Below are positions 15,040-27,839 of a stretch of DNA of 64,000 nucleotides, in pieces. Below the pieces are notes generated by a model. It was given only the letters and a program-made list of their open reading frames with translations, had not been told where the DNA came from and ran no database searches. Made by a program: the position numbers and the translations under genes. The first letter of the stretch is position 1. Each line of letters opens with the position of its first letter. This stretch comes from Mobula hypostoma (taxonomy: Eukaryota), in the NCBI RefSeq assembly GCF_963921235.1, contig NC_086102.1, forward strand, positions 161,634,001 to 161,698,000, read 5' to 3'.

Positions 15040-15130
15040 GTAACTTTTTTTATAACAATACATCTGAATTTTGAGGATTTTTGTGGTTAGTATTTCTAAT
15101 AATAATGCTGTTATTAACTGTGATGCATAG

Positions 15131-15418
15131 GTGCCCCTGAGGTTGACTTGCCTTTGGAGTATACGGATATTGTCAAACTTAAGGCCGGTTCAGCCATAAA
15201 GATCAAAGTTGGTGTCTCTGGAAAGCCTTTGCCATCAATTGAATGGTATAAAAATGGTAAAGAACTTGAGACAAGTTCACAGGTCTTTATTGAAAACACA
15301 ACTGACTCTGCAGCAGTAATTATTAAGGATGCCAGTCGTATCAACAGTGGAAGCTACGAAATCAAGCTTAAAAATCCCATAGGCTCAGCATCGGCAACAA
15401 TCAGGTTACTAATTCTAG
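15131..15418 (+). CDS. TTN: Titin exon, Ig (A127)
   Basis: gcatag| ... |gtatgt; 288 bp. Confidence 0.92.
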
Positions 15419-15512
15419 GTATGTAGATCGTTTGGGCTCTTATAAATTGAAGACTATCTGTAGAACAATACATTTTTCAGGAGTTCATCACTGATTTTGT
15501 TCTACTCCACAG

Positions 15513-15812
15513 ACAAACCTGGACCCCCACTTGGGCCTGTAAACTTCACAAGTGTTACAGCTGAGAAGATCACAATCGCATGGGGTGTTCCAACAGATGA
15601 CGGTGGTGCACCTGTCACCCACTATATTGTTGAGAAACGTGAGACAAGTCGAGTTGTGTGGTCTCTCATTTCAGAAAAGCTGGAGCATTCTATTGTTACT
15701 GTAAGGAATATCATTAAAGGCAATGAATATATGTTCCGTATTCGGGGTGTGAACAAATATGGTATTGGTGATCCACTGGAATCTGATGCTGTTATTGCTA
15801 AGAATGCATTTG
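15513..15812 (+). CDS. TTN: Titin exon, Fn3 (A128)
   Basis: ccacag| ... |gtaaga; 300 bp. Confidence 0.92.
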
Positions 15813-15898
15813 GTAAGAAAACAAAACAAGTTATTTTTACAATGACTACTTTTCTTAATATTTACATAAAGGTTAATTACATACACTTTTTTCAATAG

Positions 15899-16201
15899 TT
15901 ACACCCGGGCAACCAAGCATGCCAGAAGTATCCATGATAACTAAGCAAACAATGACTGTAAGCTGGAAGAGACCCACTGTTGATGGTGGTAACGAAATCA
16001 GAGGCTATATCTTGGAAAGACGTGAAAGAAAGAGTTTACGATGGTTTAAGGTTACCAAAGAACCCATCCGTGACACCAGGCAAAAGGTTTCTGGGCTTAC
16101 AGAGGGAAATGAGTATCAGTACCAAGTATGTGCCATCAATGCAGCAGGAGAAGGTCCCTACTCTGATTCTTCTGATTTCTATAAAGCTGCTGATCCAATT
16201 G
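15899..16201 (+). CDS. TTN: Titin exon, Fn3 (A129)
   Basis: caatag| ... |gtatgt; 303 bp. Confidence 0.92.
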
Positions 16202-16296
16202 GTATGTAAAATTAATGTGAAGTGTGCAAATATTAAGCAAAAAGTAGCTGCGTCTTACTTGTTAATTCATTCAAATACTCTCACTTTTATGTGTAG

Positions 16297-16602
16297 ATCC
16301 ACCTGGCCAACCAACCAAACTGAAGATCGTTGACAGTACTAAATCTTCCATCACTCTTGGCTGGGTTAAACCTGTCTATGATGGAGGAAGCGCAATAACA
16401 AGCTATATCATTGAAAAGAAGGAAGCTGAAGAGCAACAGTGGACAGTAATTACTTCCAAGGGTGAAGTCAGAACTACAGAATATGTTGTGTCCCAATTAA
16501 CACATGGTGTAAACTACTACTTCCGTGTTAGCGCAGTTAACACTGCTGGTCAAGGGGAGCCAATTGAAATGGCAGAACCTGTGCAGGCTAAAGACATACT
16601 GG
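16297..16602 (+). CDS. TTN: Titin exon, Fn3 (A130)
   Basis: gtgtag| ... |gtaagt; DPPGQPTKLKIVDSTKSSITLGW... Confidence 0.92.
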
Positions 16603-16693
16603 GTAAGTCCATGACGTATAAAATGCATTGATTCTATATAACGTCTATATGTGAATATTTTCAGATGTTTATTTATATCTTTATATTCTGCAG

Positions 16694-18460
16694 AGGAGCC
16701 AGAGATTGATCTTGATGTTGCACTCAGAACTTCCATAACAGCAAAATCAGGAGAAAATGTAGAAATTATGATACCTTTCAAAGGCCGTCCTCATCCAAAT
16801 GTCACCTGGAGAAAGGATGAGAAAAATATTAACACTGATGAAAGATACACCATCTATAATACTGAGTCATCTACACTTCTCACTATTCCTGAGGTCACCC
16901 GTGAAGATACTGGCAAGTATGTTTTGACAATTGAAAATGGTGTTGGAGAACCCAAATCAACATTTGTAAGTGTGAAAGTCCTTGATTCTCCAGGACCTTG
17001 TCAGATGTTACATGTTAAGCACGTGACCAGAGGTACAGTCACATTAGTTTGGGAACCACCTCTCATTAATGGTGGTGCTGAAATTGTCAATTATGTGATT
17101 GAAAAGAGAGATGCAACAAAAAGAGCCTGGTCAAGTGTCACAAGCAAATGTTGCAATACAACTTTTAAGATTACCGACTTGTCAGAGAAGAGCTCATTCT
17201 TTTTCCGAGTACTGGCAGAGAATGAGAATGGAACTGGTGAGCCTTGTGAGACCTCAGAACCAGTGAAGGCCACTGAAGTACCAGGGCCAGTCAAGGATCT
17301 TGTGATGAAAGACTCAACAAAGTCATCTGTCTTGTTACAATGGAACAAGCCCGACTACGATGGAGGCAGCATAATTACAGAATATATAATTGAAAAGAAA
17401 TTGAAAGAGGAAAAAGAATGGTCACATGCTGGAATTTCCAAAGTCTGTACCTTCGAAATTACTAAATTAAAGGAGTTAACAGTAGTTGAGTTCCAAGTCT
17501 TTGCGAAAAATGAAAAGGGGTTGAGTGATAGTGTTATTACTGCACCTATCACCGTGAAAGACTATGTCATTTCACCTGAAGCTGACTTATCTGAAATACC
17601 AGGAGGACAAATTAGTGTAAGAATTGGACATAATGTTCACGTTGATCTGCCGTATAGGGGTAAACCTCGACCAAGTATCAAATGGGAGAAAGACAATATT
17701 CCATTAAAAGAAAGCGAACAAGTCCGGTACACAAAAACAGAAAACAAAATCACATTAAATATCAAGAATGTCAAGAAAGAACATGGTGGAAAGTACACCT
17801 TGATCCTAGATAATGCAATTTCAAGAAAGTCATTCAACTTCACTGTAATTACCCTTGGTCCTCCATCAAAGCCTAAAGGTCCAGTTAGATTTGATGAAAT
17901 CAGATCTGAAAGTGTCATAATTTCATGGGATGCACCTGATGACGATGGAGGAAGTGAAATTACTAACTACAGCATTGAAAAACGTGAAATCTCACAAACA
18001 AATTGGAAAGTGGTTTGTTCTAGTGTGGCCAGGACAACCGCTAAAGTTACCAAACTGGTTAAAGATCTAGAATATCAATTTAGAATTTATGCTGAAAATA
18101 GATATGGAGTAAGCCAGCCACTTAATTCAATGGAAGTTATAGCAAAACATCAGTTCAGACTTCCCGGACCACCTGGAAAGCCTGTTGTATACAATGTCAC
18201 TTGTGATGGTATGACAATCTCATGGGATGCACCTTTATATGATGGTGGTTCAGAAGTCACTGGATATCATGTTGAGAAGAAAGAAAGGAACAGCATCTTA
18301 TGGCAAAAAGTCAACAGAAATCCTATTTCTGGCAGAGAATACAGAATTTTAGGACTTACTGACGGCCTGGACTATCAATTCCGAGTTTATTCTGAAAACG
18401 ATGTTGGATTGAGCCCAGCTGGTGAACCAAGCAAATTCACTTTGGCTGTCTCACCTGTTG
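16694..18460 (+). CDS. TTN: Titin exon, Ig-Fn-Fn-Ig-Fn-Fn (A131-A136)
   Basis: ctgcag| ... |gtaagt; 1767 bp; within ORF 16651..18468. Confidence 0.94.
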
Positions 18461-18569
18461 GTAAGTAACATTTATCCATCTTTGTATTACTTATATTGAA
18501 GCATAATAGGTAACATTGATTATTGATTGTTACTCCTTATCCTGACTACTTGTAAAATTTCTTCATCAG

Positions 18570-18863
18570 ATCCACCTGGCACACCAGATTATATTGACGT
18601 GACAAGAGAAACTATAACACTTAAGTGGGATCCACCACCTCGTGATGGAGGTAGTAAAATTGTGGCATATAGTGTTGAAAAACGGCAAGGAGGAGGTCGC
18701 TGGCTGCGGTGCAACTTTATTGATATCACTGAATGCCAATATACGGTGTCTGGCCTTAGTCCCGGTGATCGTTATGAATTCCGTATCATTGCTAGAAATG
18801 CTGTTGGCACAGTCAGTCCACCTTCTCAATCATCAGGAAACATCATGACAAGGGATGAGAACA
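18570..18863 (+). CDS. TTN: Titin exon, Fn3 (A137)
   Basis: catcag| ... |gtaagt; 294 bp. Confidence 0.92.
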
Positions 18864-18965
18864 GTAAGTACATATAAAAGCTAATTAGTTTGTATATGGT
18901 ATTGTATGTAGTTGTAATATCTTTGAAATACCAACTTGGCAATAACTCATCTGTTTCTTTCATAG

Positions 18966-19253
18966 TACCACCATCAATTGAATTTGGTGCTGAACATTTT
19001 GAAGGCGTGACAGTAAAATCTGGTGAGAGTATTCGACTCAAGGTGCATGTCAGAGGTCGCCCATTACCTCAAGTAACCTGGTATAAGGATGGAAAGGAAA
19101 TTGAGAAGAGATTAATGGTGGATATCACCAATGTAATTGGGTCTAGTTCTATCTTTGTTAGAGACAGCAACCGAGACCATCGTGGCATATATACTGTGGA
19201 AGCCAAGAATGCTTCAGGCATCCAGAGAGCTGATATTCATGTCAGAGTTCAAG
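18966..19253 (+). CDS. TTN: Titin exon, Ig (A138)
   Basis: tcatag| ... |gtactt; 288 bp. Confidence 0.92.
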
Positions 19254-19369
19254 GTACTTAGAGGAAATTAACAACTTACGTTCCTCTTTTAATTTCTCAT
19301 TTTAATATTTTAGTGTGTTGAATATTTTTATTAACTTCCTGGAGCACTAACATTTCTGATTTTGTTTAG

Positions 19370-19669
19370 ACACTCCTGGACTACCGGTTGGACCTATTCG
19401 ATTTACCAACATTACCGGAGAAAAACTTACGTTGTGGTGGACTCCACCAGATAATGATGGCTGTGCTGTCATTAGCAATTATGTAATAGAGAAACGTGAG
19501 ACAACTCGACTTACGTGGGCATTGGTCACTGATGATTGCGAAGCCTGTTCATACACAGTCACCAAGTTAATTAAGGGGAATGAGTACCAATTCCGAATTT
19601 CAGCCGTCAACAAATTTGGCGTTGGCAGACCACTCGATTCAGAGCCAGTTATTGCACAGATGCGATATA
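19370..19669 (+). CDS. TTN: Titin exon, Fn3 (A139)
   Basis: gtttag| ... |gtacgt; 300 bp. Confidence 0.92.
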
Positions 19670-19793
19670 GTACGTGTGTTTCAGAATTTGTAATTGACGC
19701 TCTACTCTATTGGCAATCAATTGGAAGTAATTATTTATTAGTCCTTATCTGTGAAACCAGTTCTAATTAGTTAACTTTTCTTTTGTTTCACAG

Positions 19794-21857
19794 CTGTGCC
19801 TGATGCACCTGGTATACCAGAACCAACTCATGTTTCAGGAGAAACTATTACCCTTACTTGGTCAAGACCAAAATCGGATGGAGGGAATGAAATTTTGCAT
19901 TACATCCTTGAACGGCGTGAGAAGAAGAGTTTGCGCTGGGTCAAAGTTTCCAGCAAAAGACCAATCACTGAAAACCGATTTAAAGTGGCTAACCTCACAG
20001 AAGGAAATGAATATGAATTCCGTGTCATGGCTGAAAATAAGGCTGGGGTGGGCCCTTCAAGTGATATTTCTAGACTTATTAAATGTAGAGAGCCAGTAAA
20101 TCCACCAAGTGCACCTACCATTGTTAAAGTCACAGATACAACCAAGACATCTGTAAGTTTGGAATGGGCTCGGCCTGTCTTTGATGGAGGCATGGAAATT
20201 ATTGGCTATATAATCGAAATGTGCAAGGCCAGTCTTGGAGACTGGCACAAGGTTAACATAGAAGCGTGTGTCAATACCAATTACACAGTTACTGAATTGC
20301 AGTCTGGTGAAGAATACAAGTTCCGTGTCTCTGCTGTTAATGGTGCAGGAAAAGGAGAAAGTTGTGAAATTTCTGCTCCAGTACTAGTTACAGATAGGTT
20401 AACAGCACCAGAAATTGAGACGGATGCCAGTTTCAAACAAATTCATATTGTTCGAGCTGGCAGTACAATTCAGCTACGTGTTGCCTTCCAAGGTCGGCCA
20501 GTTCCTGTTGCCACTTGGCAAAAAGCAGATTCATCCATTGGTGTACATGTCCATATTAACACCACAGACACAAACAGCACCTTAACAATAGAGAACTGCA
20601 ATAGATATGATGCTGGAAAGTATACTCTTACCGTAGAAAACAGCAATGGTAGCAAGTCTATTACTTTCACTGTTAAAGTACAAGACACTCCAGGTCCACC
20701 AGGACCAATTACATTCAAAGATGTCACTCAAGGTGCAATTACTTTGATGTGGGATGCCCCTATTCACGATGGAGGTTCACGTATCCATCATTATGTGATT
20801 GAGAAGCGTGAAGCCAGTAGGCGCAGCTGGCAAGAAGTCAGTAGCAAGTGCACCCGACAGATCTGCAAGGTGCAAGACCTCGCAGGAGTGCCTTACTTCT
20901 TCCGGGTCACAGCAGAAAATGAATATGGCCTTGGTGTACCATATGAAATGACCGAGCCTATAGTAGCCACTGAGGAGCCAGCACCACCTAAGAGACTAGA
21001 TATTGTCGATACAGGCAGAACCTCTGCAGTCTTGGCTTGGATGAAACCAGAGCATGACGGTGGCAGTCAAATCATTGGTTATAAAGTGGAGATGAAACAA
21101 AAGGGTTCAGATCACTGGGTTGATGGTGGTCAAACCAAACTCCTTACACTTCAGATTGATGGACTTGTTGAAAACACAGAGTATGAATTCCGTGTCAGAG
21201 CAAAAAATAATGCTGGCTTCAGTGAACCAAGGGAAGCATTTTCATCTGTCATTATTAAAGAACCACAGATAGAGCCCAAAGCAGATTTATCTGGAATCAC
21301 CAATCAAACAATCGTCTGCAAATCGGGAACTACCTTTACTATAGATGTCCCTATTAGTGGACGTCCAGCACCTAAAGTAACGTGGAAGCTTGAGGAGATG
21401 AGACTAAAGGAAACTGATAGGGTCAGTATCAGTACAACAAAAGAGAGAACTACGTTGACTGTGAAGGACTGTATGAGAGGTGACTCAGGGAAATATTACT
21501 TGACTCTTGAAAACACAGCAGGAATCAAGACCTTTGCTGTAACTGTCAATGTTATTGGTCGACCAGGTCCAGTTACTGGACCTTTGAGTATCTCATCTGT
21601 TTCTGCAGATTCATGTGTTTTGTCATGGGCAGAGCCTGAAGATGATGGTGGTGCTGATATCACCAACTATATTGTAGAAAAACGTGAATCTGGTACCACA
21701 GCATGGCAGCTCATCAATTCCAGTGTAAAACGCACCCAAATTAAAGCCACGCATCTGGCAAAGTACATGGAATACACTTTCCGAGTTTGTGCAGAAAACA
21801 GATTTGGCGTCAGTAAACCATTGGAGTCAAAACCTGTGGTTGCTGAACATCCATTTG
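19794..21857 (+). CDS. TTN: Titin exon, seven domains (A140-A146)
   Basis: tcacag| ... |gtaagt; 2064 bp; overlaps ORF 19796..21886. Confidence 0.94.
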
Positions 21858-21951
21858 GTAAGTCAAAAACTAAAACATTTCATTGATAAGGCAAGTTAAG
21901 TAAAGAAACTTGCAGAGAACTTATTAATTGTATTATTTCTACATACTGTAG

Positions 21952-22254
21952 TTCCACCAAGCCCTCCAACCAGGCCAGTCGTGAATTTTGTATCTGCTAA
22001 CGCCATGTCTATCCAATGGGAAGATCCATATCATGATGGTGGCAGCAAAGTTACAGGCTACTGGATTGAAAAGAAAGAACGCAACAGCATTCTCTGGGTG
22101 AAAGAGAATAAAATACCATGCATTGATTGCCATTACAAAATATCTACTGTAGTCGAAGGCTTGGAATACCAGTTTAGAGTTTATGCAATGAATGCGGCTG
22201 GCTTGAGTAAAGCAAGTGAAGCTTCGAGACTAGTAATGGCTCAGAATCCTGTTG
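21952..22254 (+). CDS. TTN: Titin exon, Fn3 (A147)
   Basis: ctgtag| ... |gtaaga; 303 bp. Confidence 0.92.
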
Positions 22255-22358
22255 GTAAGATCCACAGTTTAAGAAAAGAAATAATATAATCTATATATTT
22301 GCAAATACTTTCAGATTTCAGTTGAAATTTAATTTTCCCTTTGTCTAAATGTATAAAG

Positions 22359-22664
22359 ATCCTCCAGGTCAACCAGAGGTAACAGATGTTAATCGGTCTT
22401 CAGTTTCGCTAAAATGGACTGTACCAATCCATGATGGTGGAAGTAAGATTGTTGGATACATTGTGGAACGCAAGCCTTATAATGAAGCTGGTGACGGCCG
22501 CTGGCTGAAGTGCAACTACACCACTATCTCCGATACCTTCTACACCGTTACAGGACTAAGTGAATCGGAGGTTTATGAATTCCGTGTTTTAGCTAAGAAT
22601 GCAGCTGGAGTCATTAGTATACCATCTGAATCTACTGGACCAGTCACATGCAAAGATGAATATG
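22359..22664 (+). CDS. TTN: Titin exon, Fn3 (A148)
   Basis: ataaag| ... |gtatgc; 306 bp. Confidence 0.9.
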
Positions 22665-22754
22665 GTATGCTGATGTCAAACGTATAGCATATATCTATCA
22701 ATTTCTTGCTGATGCAACAACATCTTTTTCATTGCTTTTTATTTTTATTTACAG

Positions 22755-23045
22755 TACCTCCTAAAGCTGAACTGGACAGTCGGTTACTTGGAGAAATTAT
22801 TACCATAAGGGCGGGATCAGACTTGGTGCTTGATGCTTTCATTGGTGGGAAACCTGATCCTAAAGTCTATTGGTCTAAAGAAAACAAAGAACTAGAGCTT
22901 TGTGAGAAAATATCTCTACAGTACACCAACAAGCGTGCGGTTGCCATTATCAAGTTCTGTGACAGAAATGACACCGGAAAATATACACTATCTGTGAAAA
23001 ATCCAAGTGGAGCTAAGACTTTGTCTGTAAATGTTAAAGTGCTAG
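22755..23045 (+). CDS. TTN: Titin exon, Ig (A149)
   Basis: ttacag| ... |gtatgt; 291 bp. Confidence 0.92.
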
Positions 23046-23156
23046 GTATGTTTTCTGTTATGAATTAACGATATAATTTTTGAAATATATTTAACTAACA
23101 AGGTATAATATTGGCTATATATGCATCCTAATTTTTATGTTCCAAACTCTATCTAG

Positions 23157-23456
23157 ATTCACCAGGACCCTGTGAGGGTGCACTTAGCATCAGCAGGTTA
23201 ACTGAAGAGAAGTGTACTTTGTCATGGAATATGCCAAAGGAAGATGGCGGTGCAGAGGTTACACACTATATTGTAGAGAGACGCGAGACGAGCAGACTTA
23301 ACTGGGTAATTGTTGAAGCTGAATGCATGGCTCTTTCTACTGTTGTTACAAGACTTATAAAGAACAACGAATACATTTTTAGAGTGAGAGCTGTTAATAA
23401 GTTTGGACCTGGTGTGCCTTTGGAGTCTGAAGCAGTCATAGCCAGAAAATCATACA
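23157..23456 (+). CDS. TTN: Titin exon, Fn3 A150 (FN3-119; human exon 343 equivalent)
   Basis: atctag| ... |gtaagt; SPGPCEGALSISRLTEEKCTLSWNMPKEDGG...RLIKNNEYIFRV. Confidence 0.92.
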
Positions 23457-23556
23457 GTAAGTACTATGTGATTATTCTTTATTAATTTTCAGAGAAGTAT
23501 TAATCTTGGTAATGTAGTAGCAAAATCATTATTAAAATTAAAATTATTTTAAACAG

Positions 23557-23862
23557 CTATTCCATCACCACCTGGAGAACCAGAGGTTGTTGCAGTTGGA
23601 AAAGAACACATTATTATCCAGTGGTTGAAACCTGAAACTGATGGTGGAGCAGAAATTAGTAATTATCTTGTGGATAAACGTGAAAAACGTAGTGTACGAT
23701 GGACTCGAGTCAACAAAGACTTTACTATTTATGATACAAGACTCAAGATTACAAATCTGATGGGGGGTTGTGAATACCAGTTCCGTGTTTCAGCAGTAAA
23801 TGCAGCTGGTAACAGTGAGCCAAGTGAATCATCACAATACATCCTTTGCAAAGAACCCACAT
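23557..23862 (+). CDS. TTN: Titin exon, Fn3 (A151)
   Basis: aaacag| ... |gtaagt; 306 bp. Confidence 0.92.
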
Positions 23863-23946
23863 GTAAGTGTCATGTTTTCTTTAGTTTCTTAAAAGTGTAA
23901 ATCTTTACAAATACCTATGAACATAATCTGTTAAATTATATTATAG

Positions 23947-24252
23947 ATGTACCTGGAGTACCTTCAGCACCAAGAGTTGTGGATACAACCAAACACAGTA
24001 TCAGTATAGCATGGACAAAACCCATGTATGATGGTGGTTCTGATATTATTGGATACATACTCGAAATGAAAGAGGAAAATATGGAACAGTGGTATAGAGC
24101 ACATACTACAGACTACATACGAAATACGGAATATACCATTACAGGTCTTCACACCAACAAGAAGTACTTCTTCAGAGTTGCTTCTGCCAATATTAATGGA
24201 GCGAGTGAATACAGTGAATCATCTGCTGTAATTGAAGCTGTAGAAAGAATAG
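23947..24252 (+). CDS. TTN: Titin exon, Fn3 (A152)
   Basis: ttatag| ... |gtaagt; 306 bp. Confidence 0.92.
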
Positions 24253-24516
24253 GTAAGTGTTATTATAGAGACAGTTCAATTACCTTACGATTATCCACAC
24301 TTTTCTGAAAAGGTGCCTTTAATTTTTGGAATAAAACATCAATAGCCAGTACTCAGAGTATGCCTGTGTTTAATTATATCTAGTAAGGAATATAAACTGA
24401 CAGTTTTTTTTATTCCTCAGAAAGATTTTATTCAATGAAGGCTTAGAATATCTTGAGGGTTTTATTGCTGGTCGATTGCAAGTTGATATTAACCTCTATT
24501 CATATTATTTTTCCAG

Positions 24517-24798
24517 AAATGCCAGATCTTGAACTTGCAGATGATCTCAAAAAGACAGTCACTGTCAGAGCTGGTGGCTCACTCCGCTTAATGGTGTCAG
24601 TGGCGGGTCGACCTACTCCAGTGTTAACTTGGAGTAAACCAGGCATTGACCTCTACAGTCGTGCTTTTATTGATACAACAGATTCTTACACGTTGCTTGT
24701 AATTGACAAGGTAAATCGTTATGATGCAGGCAAATACACCATTGAGGCTGAAAATCCTTCAGGCAAGAAGTCAGCTACTATAGTTGTCAAAGTATATG
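24517..24798 (+). CDS. TTN: Titin exon, Ig (A153)
   Basis: ttccag| ... |gtatgt; 282 bp. Confidence 0.92.
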
Positions 24799-24903
24799 GT
24801 ATGTAAAACAAGATATTTTCAAACTTCTGTTTCATTAATGACTTTTCCAAGACTCTTTAAAAAAAATAGCAAAAGGTCTCAAAACATACTTCTCTATTCT
24901 CAG

Positions 24904-25497
24904 ATACACCGGGCCCACCTGGTGCTGTTAAAGTGAAGGAAGTCTCAAGAGATTCTGTTGTCATCACATGGGATGTCCCAATGATTGACGGTGGAGCCCC
25001 AGTCAACAATTATATAATTGAGAGACGGGAAGCTGCTATGAGAGCATTCAAGACTGTTACAATTAAGTGCAGCAAGACAATTTATAGAATAACTGGACTT
25101 ACAGAGGGTACAATGTATTATTTCAGAGTATCACCTGAAAATATCTATGGCGTTGGTGAACCTTGTGAAACCACTGATGCAGTACTGGTTTCAGAAGTTC
25201 CGATGGTCCCACAGAAGTTGGATGTAATTGATGTCACAAAATCTACAGTCACACTAGCCTGGGAAAAACCACTGCATGATGGAGGTAGCAGACTGACTGG
25301 TTATGTCATTGAAGCTTGCAAAGCTGGCACAGAAAGGTGGATGAAAGTTGCAACTCTAAAACACACAGTATTTGAGCATACTATAATTTCCCTGAATGAA
25401 TCTGAACAGTATCTGTTCAGAGTCAGGGCCCAGAATGACAAAGGTGTCAGTGAACCAAGAGAGACTGTGACTGCTGTTACTGTGCTTGATCAAAAGG
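24904..25497 (+). CDS. TTN: Titin exon, Fn3-Fn3 (A154-A155)
   Basis: tctcag| ... |gtaggt; 594 bp. Confidence 0.92.
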
Positions 25498-25608
25498 GTA
25501 GGTATTATTATTTACATGTTAGTTCTTAAGAACTAATATGAAATATATTTTGAATGCAACAATAATTTTCCATAAATTAATCTTACCCTTGTATCTCTTT
25601 TCCAACAG

Positions 25609-25896
25609 TGATGCCAACGATTGATTTGGCAGGCATACCTCAAAGAACTGTCAGCGTACATGCTGGCAGGCCTATCGAATTATCTATTCCAATTAGTGGA
25701 CGTCCACCTCCTAGTGCATCATGGTTCTTTGAAGGTACTAAAATTAAAGAAAGCGATCGCACCAAAATAGAAAGATCTGCCAAGGTAATCAATCTTACTA
25801 TACGAGAAACTACCATAGATGATACTGGTGACTACATGCTTGAACTAAAAAATGTTGCTGGAACTATCACCGAATCCATCAAAGTAATCATTCTTG
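25609..25896 (+). CDS. TTN: Titin exon, Ig (A156)
   Basis: caacag| ... |gtaaga; 288 bp. Confidence 0.92.
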
Positions 25897-26011
25897 GTAA
25901 GATTTTTTCTTTCAAATTCTATATAAAACTATTACAAATGTGGCAATGAATTGCCCATGGCAGTACAATTATTTTTTTAAGTCTTGCATAAATGTATTAA
26001 TTAATTTACAG

Positions 26012-26311
26012 ATAAGCCAGGACCACCTAGCGGCTCAATTAAAATTGATGAAGTCGACGCCACCACTGTCACCATCAGTTGGGAACCACCAGAGAATGAT
26101 GGTGGTGCAACCATCAGTGGTTATGTTGTGGAACAACGTGATGCCCATCGCCCAGGATGGCTGTCAGTGTCTGAATCTGTTACCAGGAATACATTCAAGT
26201 TTACGAGGTTAACTGAAGGCACTGAATATGTATTCCGTGTTGCTGCCACAAACCGTTTTGGCATTGGATCGTTCTTACAGTCCAGCATTGTGGAATGCAA
26301 GAGTGCCATTA
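26012..26311 (+). CDS. TTN: Titin exon, Fn3 (A157)
   Basis: ttacag| ... |gtaagt; 300 bp. Confidence 0.92.
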
Positions 26312-26629
26312 GTAAGTGCAAACTTAGAGCATTTTACCAATAATTAAAGGCCAGAATATTAAAATATGGATTTCTTTTTGTAAAGATAAATTTATAAATC
26401 TCATTCCATTGACTTTTATAATGGATAACAATTTCAGAAATATTAATAAATAAAAGAATATCACTGATTACAATATTAGACAAATTATTTGAGAATACAC
26501 TTTCTTAAACAATAGAACTATTAGAATTCTTACTATCACCAATGTTTAATAATACTTTTCAAGAAATATTTTATAAGGATTTCTTTATGAAATACGGGAT
26601 GATAATTTTATACATAATTTTCTCTACAG

Positions 26630-26932
26630 ATGTGCCTGGCCCCACTGGTACACCTCATGTATTTGATTTCTCTCGTGATGGTATGACAATTACCTGGGAA
26701 TCACCAGTTGAAGATGGTGGTTCACCCATTACTGGTTACATCATTGAGCGCAAAGAGCTAAGGGCTGATCGATGGGTGAGAGTCAACAAAGTGCTCGTGA
26801 CAATGACTAGGTACCGTTCCACTGGACTCATAGAAGGATTAGAATATGAACATCGTGTGACCGCTGTGAATGCTAGGGGGGCTGGCAAACCTAGCAGGCC
26901 TTCCAAATCTGCGGTTGCCATGGATCCAATAG
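26630..26932 (+). CDS. TTN: Titin exon, Fn3 (A158)
   Basis: ctacag| ... |gtaatg; 303 bp. Confidence 0.92.
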
Positions 26933-27383
26933 GTAATGTGTAAATTTAAATGTTAATTTCTAAATATGAAAATCTATTGGTTAAGATTTTTAACTACGTA
27001 TCTCTGGTAAAAAATTTTTGTGGTCATAAAAATGTCAGATGAAATTTGTTTGCATTGTCTCCAAGTACTACCATCTGATGGAAAACCTCAAACTATATTG
27101 ACAAGGTATCCTACATACACCTGTATTAGGAGTCGCTAAATAGCAATCAAGGAATAGATGTCCTATTTGATTGTTTCCTCACTAGTCAAAAAGAGCTGAA
27201 CCTTTATCCATGGCCAGTAGTAAACTTAACAAATCAACTAACACAAACCATAGACCAAATCTTAACATTCAGTTGCCTCAGTTGGACATTATTTGAATTA
27301 ACTGAGTATCATTTGTAAATGTATTTTAATTATACTGCTTACATTAAAATTTGTATGGCTAATCTTATTTACTGTTTCTATAG

Positions 27384-27686
27384 ATCCACCTGGGAAACCG
27401 CAGAATCCGAGAGTTACAGACACAACTAGAACATCAATATCTGTTGCCTGGAGTCCTCCAGAAGAGGAAGGTGGTTCCAAGGTCACAGGATACCTTATTG
27501 AGATGCAGAAAGTTGATCAGTATGAATGGACTAAGTGCAACACAACGCCAACAAAGATCTGTGAATATACCCTGACTCACATGCCACAGGGTGCTGAGTA
27601 TAGGTTCCGTGTTAAAGCAGTTAATGCTGGTGGTCCTGGTGAGCCAGCTGATGTTCCAGGAACTGTTAAAGTGACTGAAATGCTCG
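27384..27686 (+). CDS. TTN: Titin exon, Fn3 (A159)
   Basis: ctatag| ... |gtgagc; 303 bp. Confidence 0.92.
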
Positions 27687-27839
27687 GTGAGCAATCTTAA
27701 AGTTTTTATCTTTTGTAATCAGCCAAGTCTGTTGAATTACAAAGGCAAATTCACATTTGTTGGGCATTTATTAATATAAAAGACAACCTCTATCTTTCAA
27801 TGCAATGATTCAGTTTAAACCCGTTAGACCATCAGCAAA

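Noticed and set aside
20871-20895. Apparent single-residue deletions in titin domains (QDLAGVPY; also KFREVVVK near 9780)
   Set aside because: In-frame one-residue differences that cannot be evaluated without an alignment.
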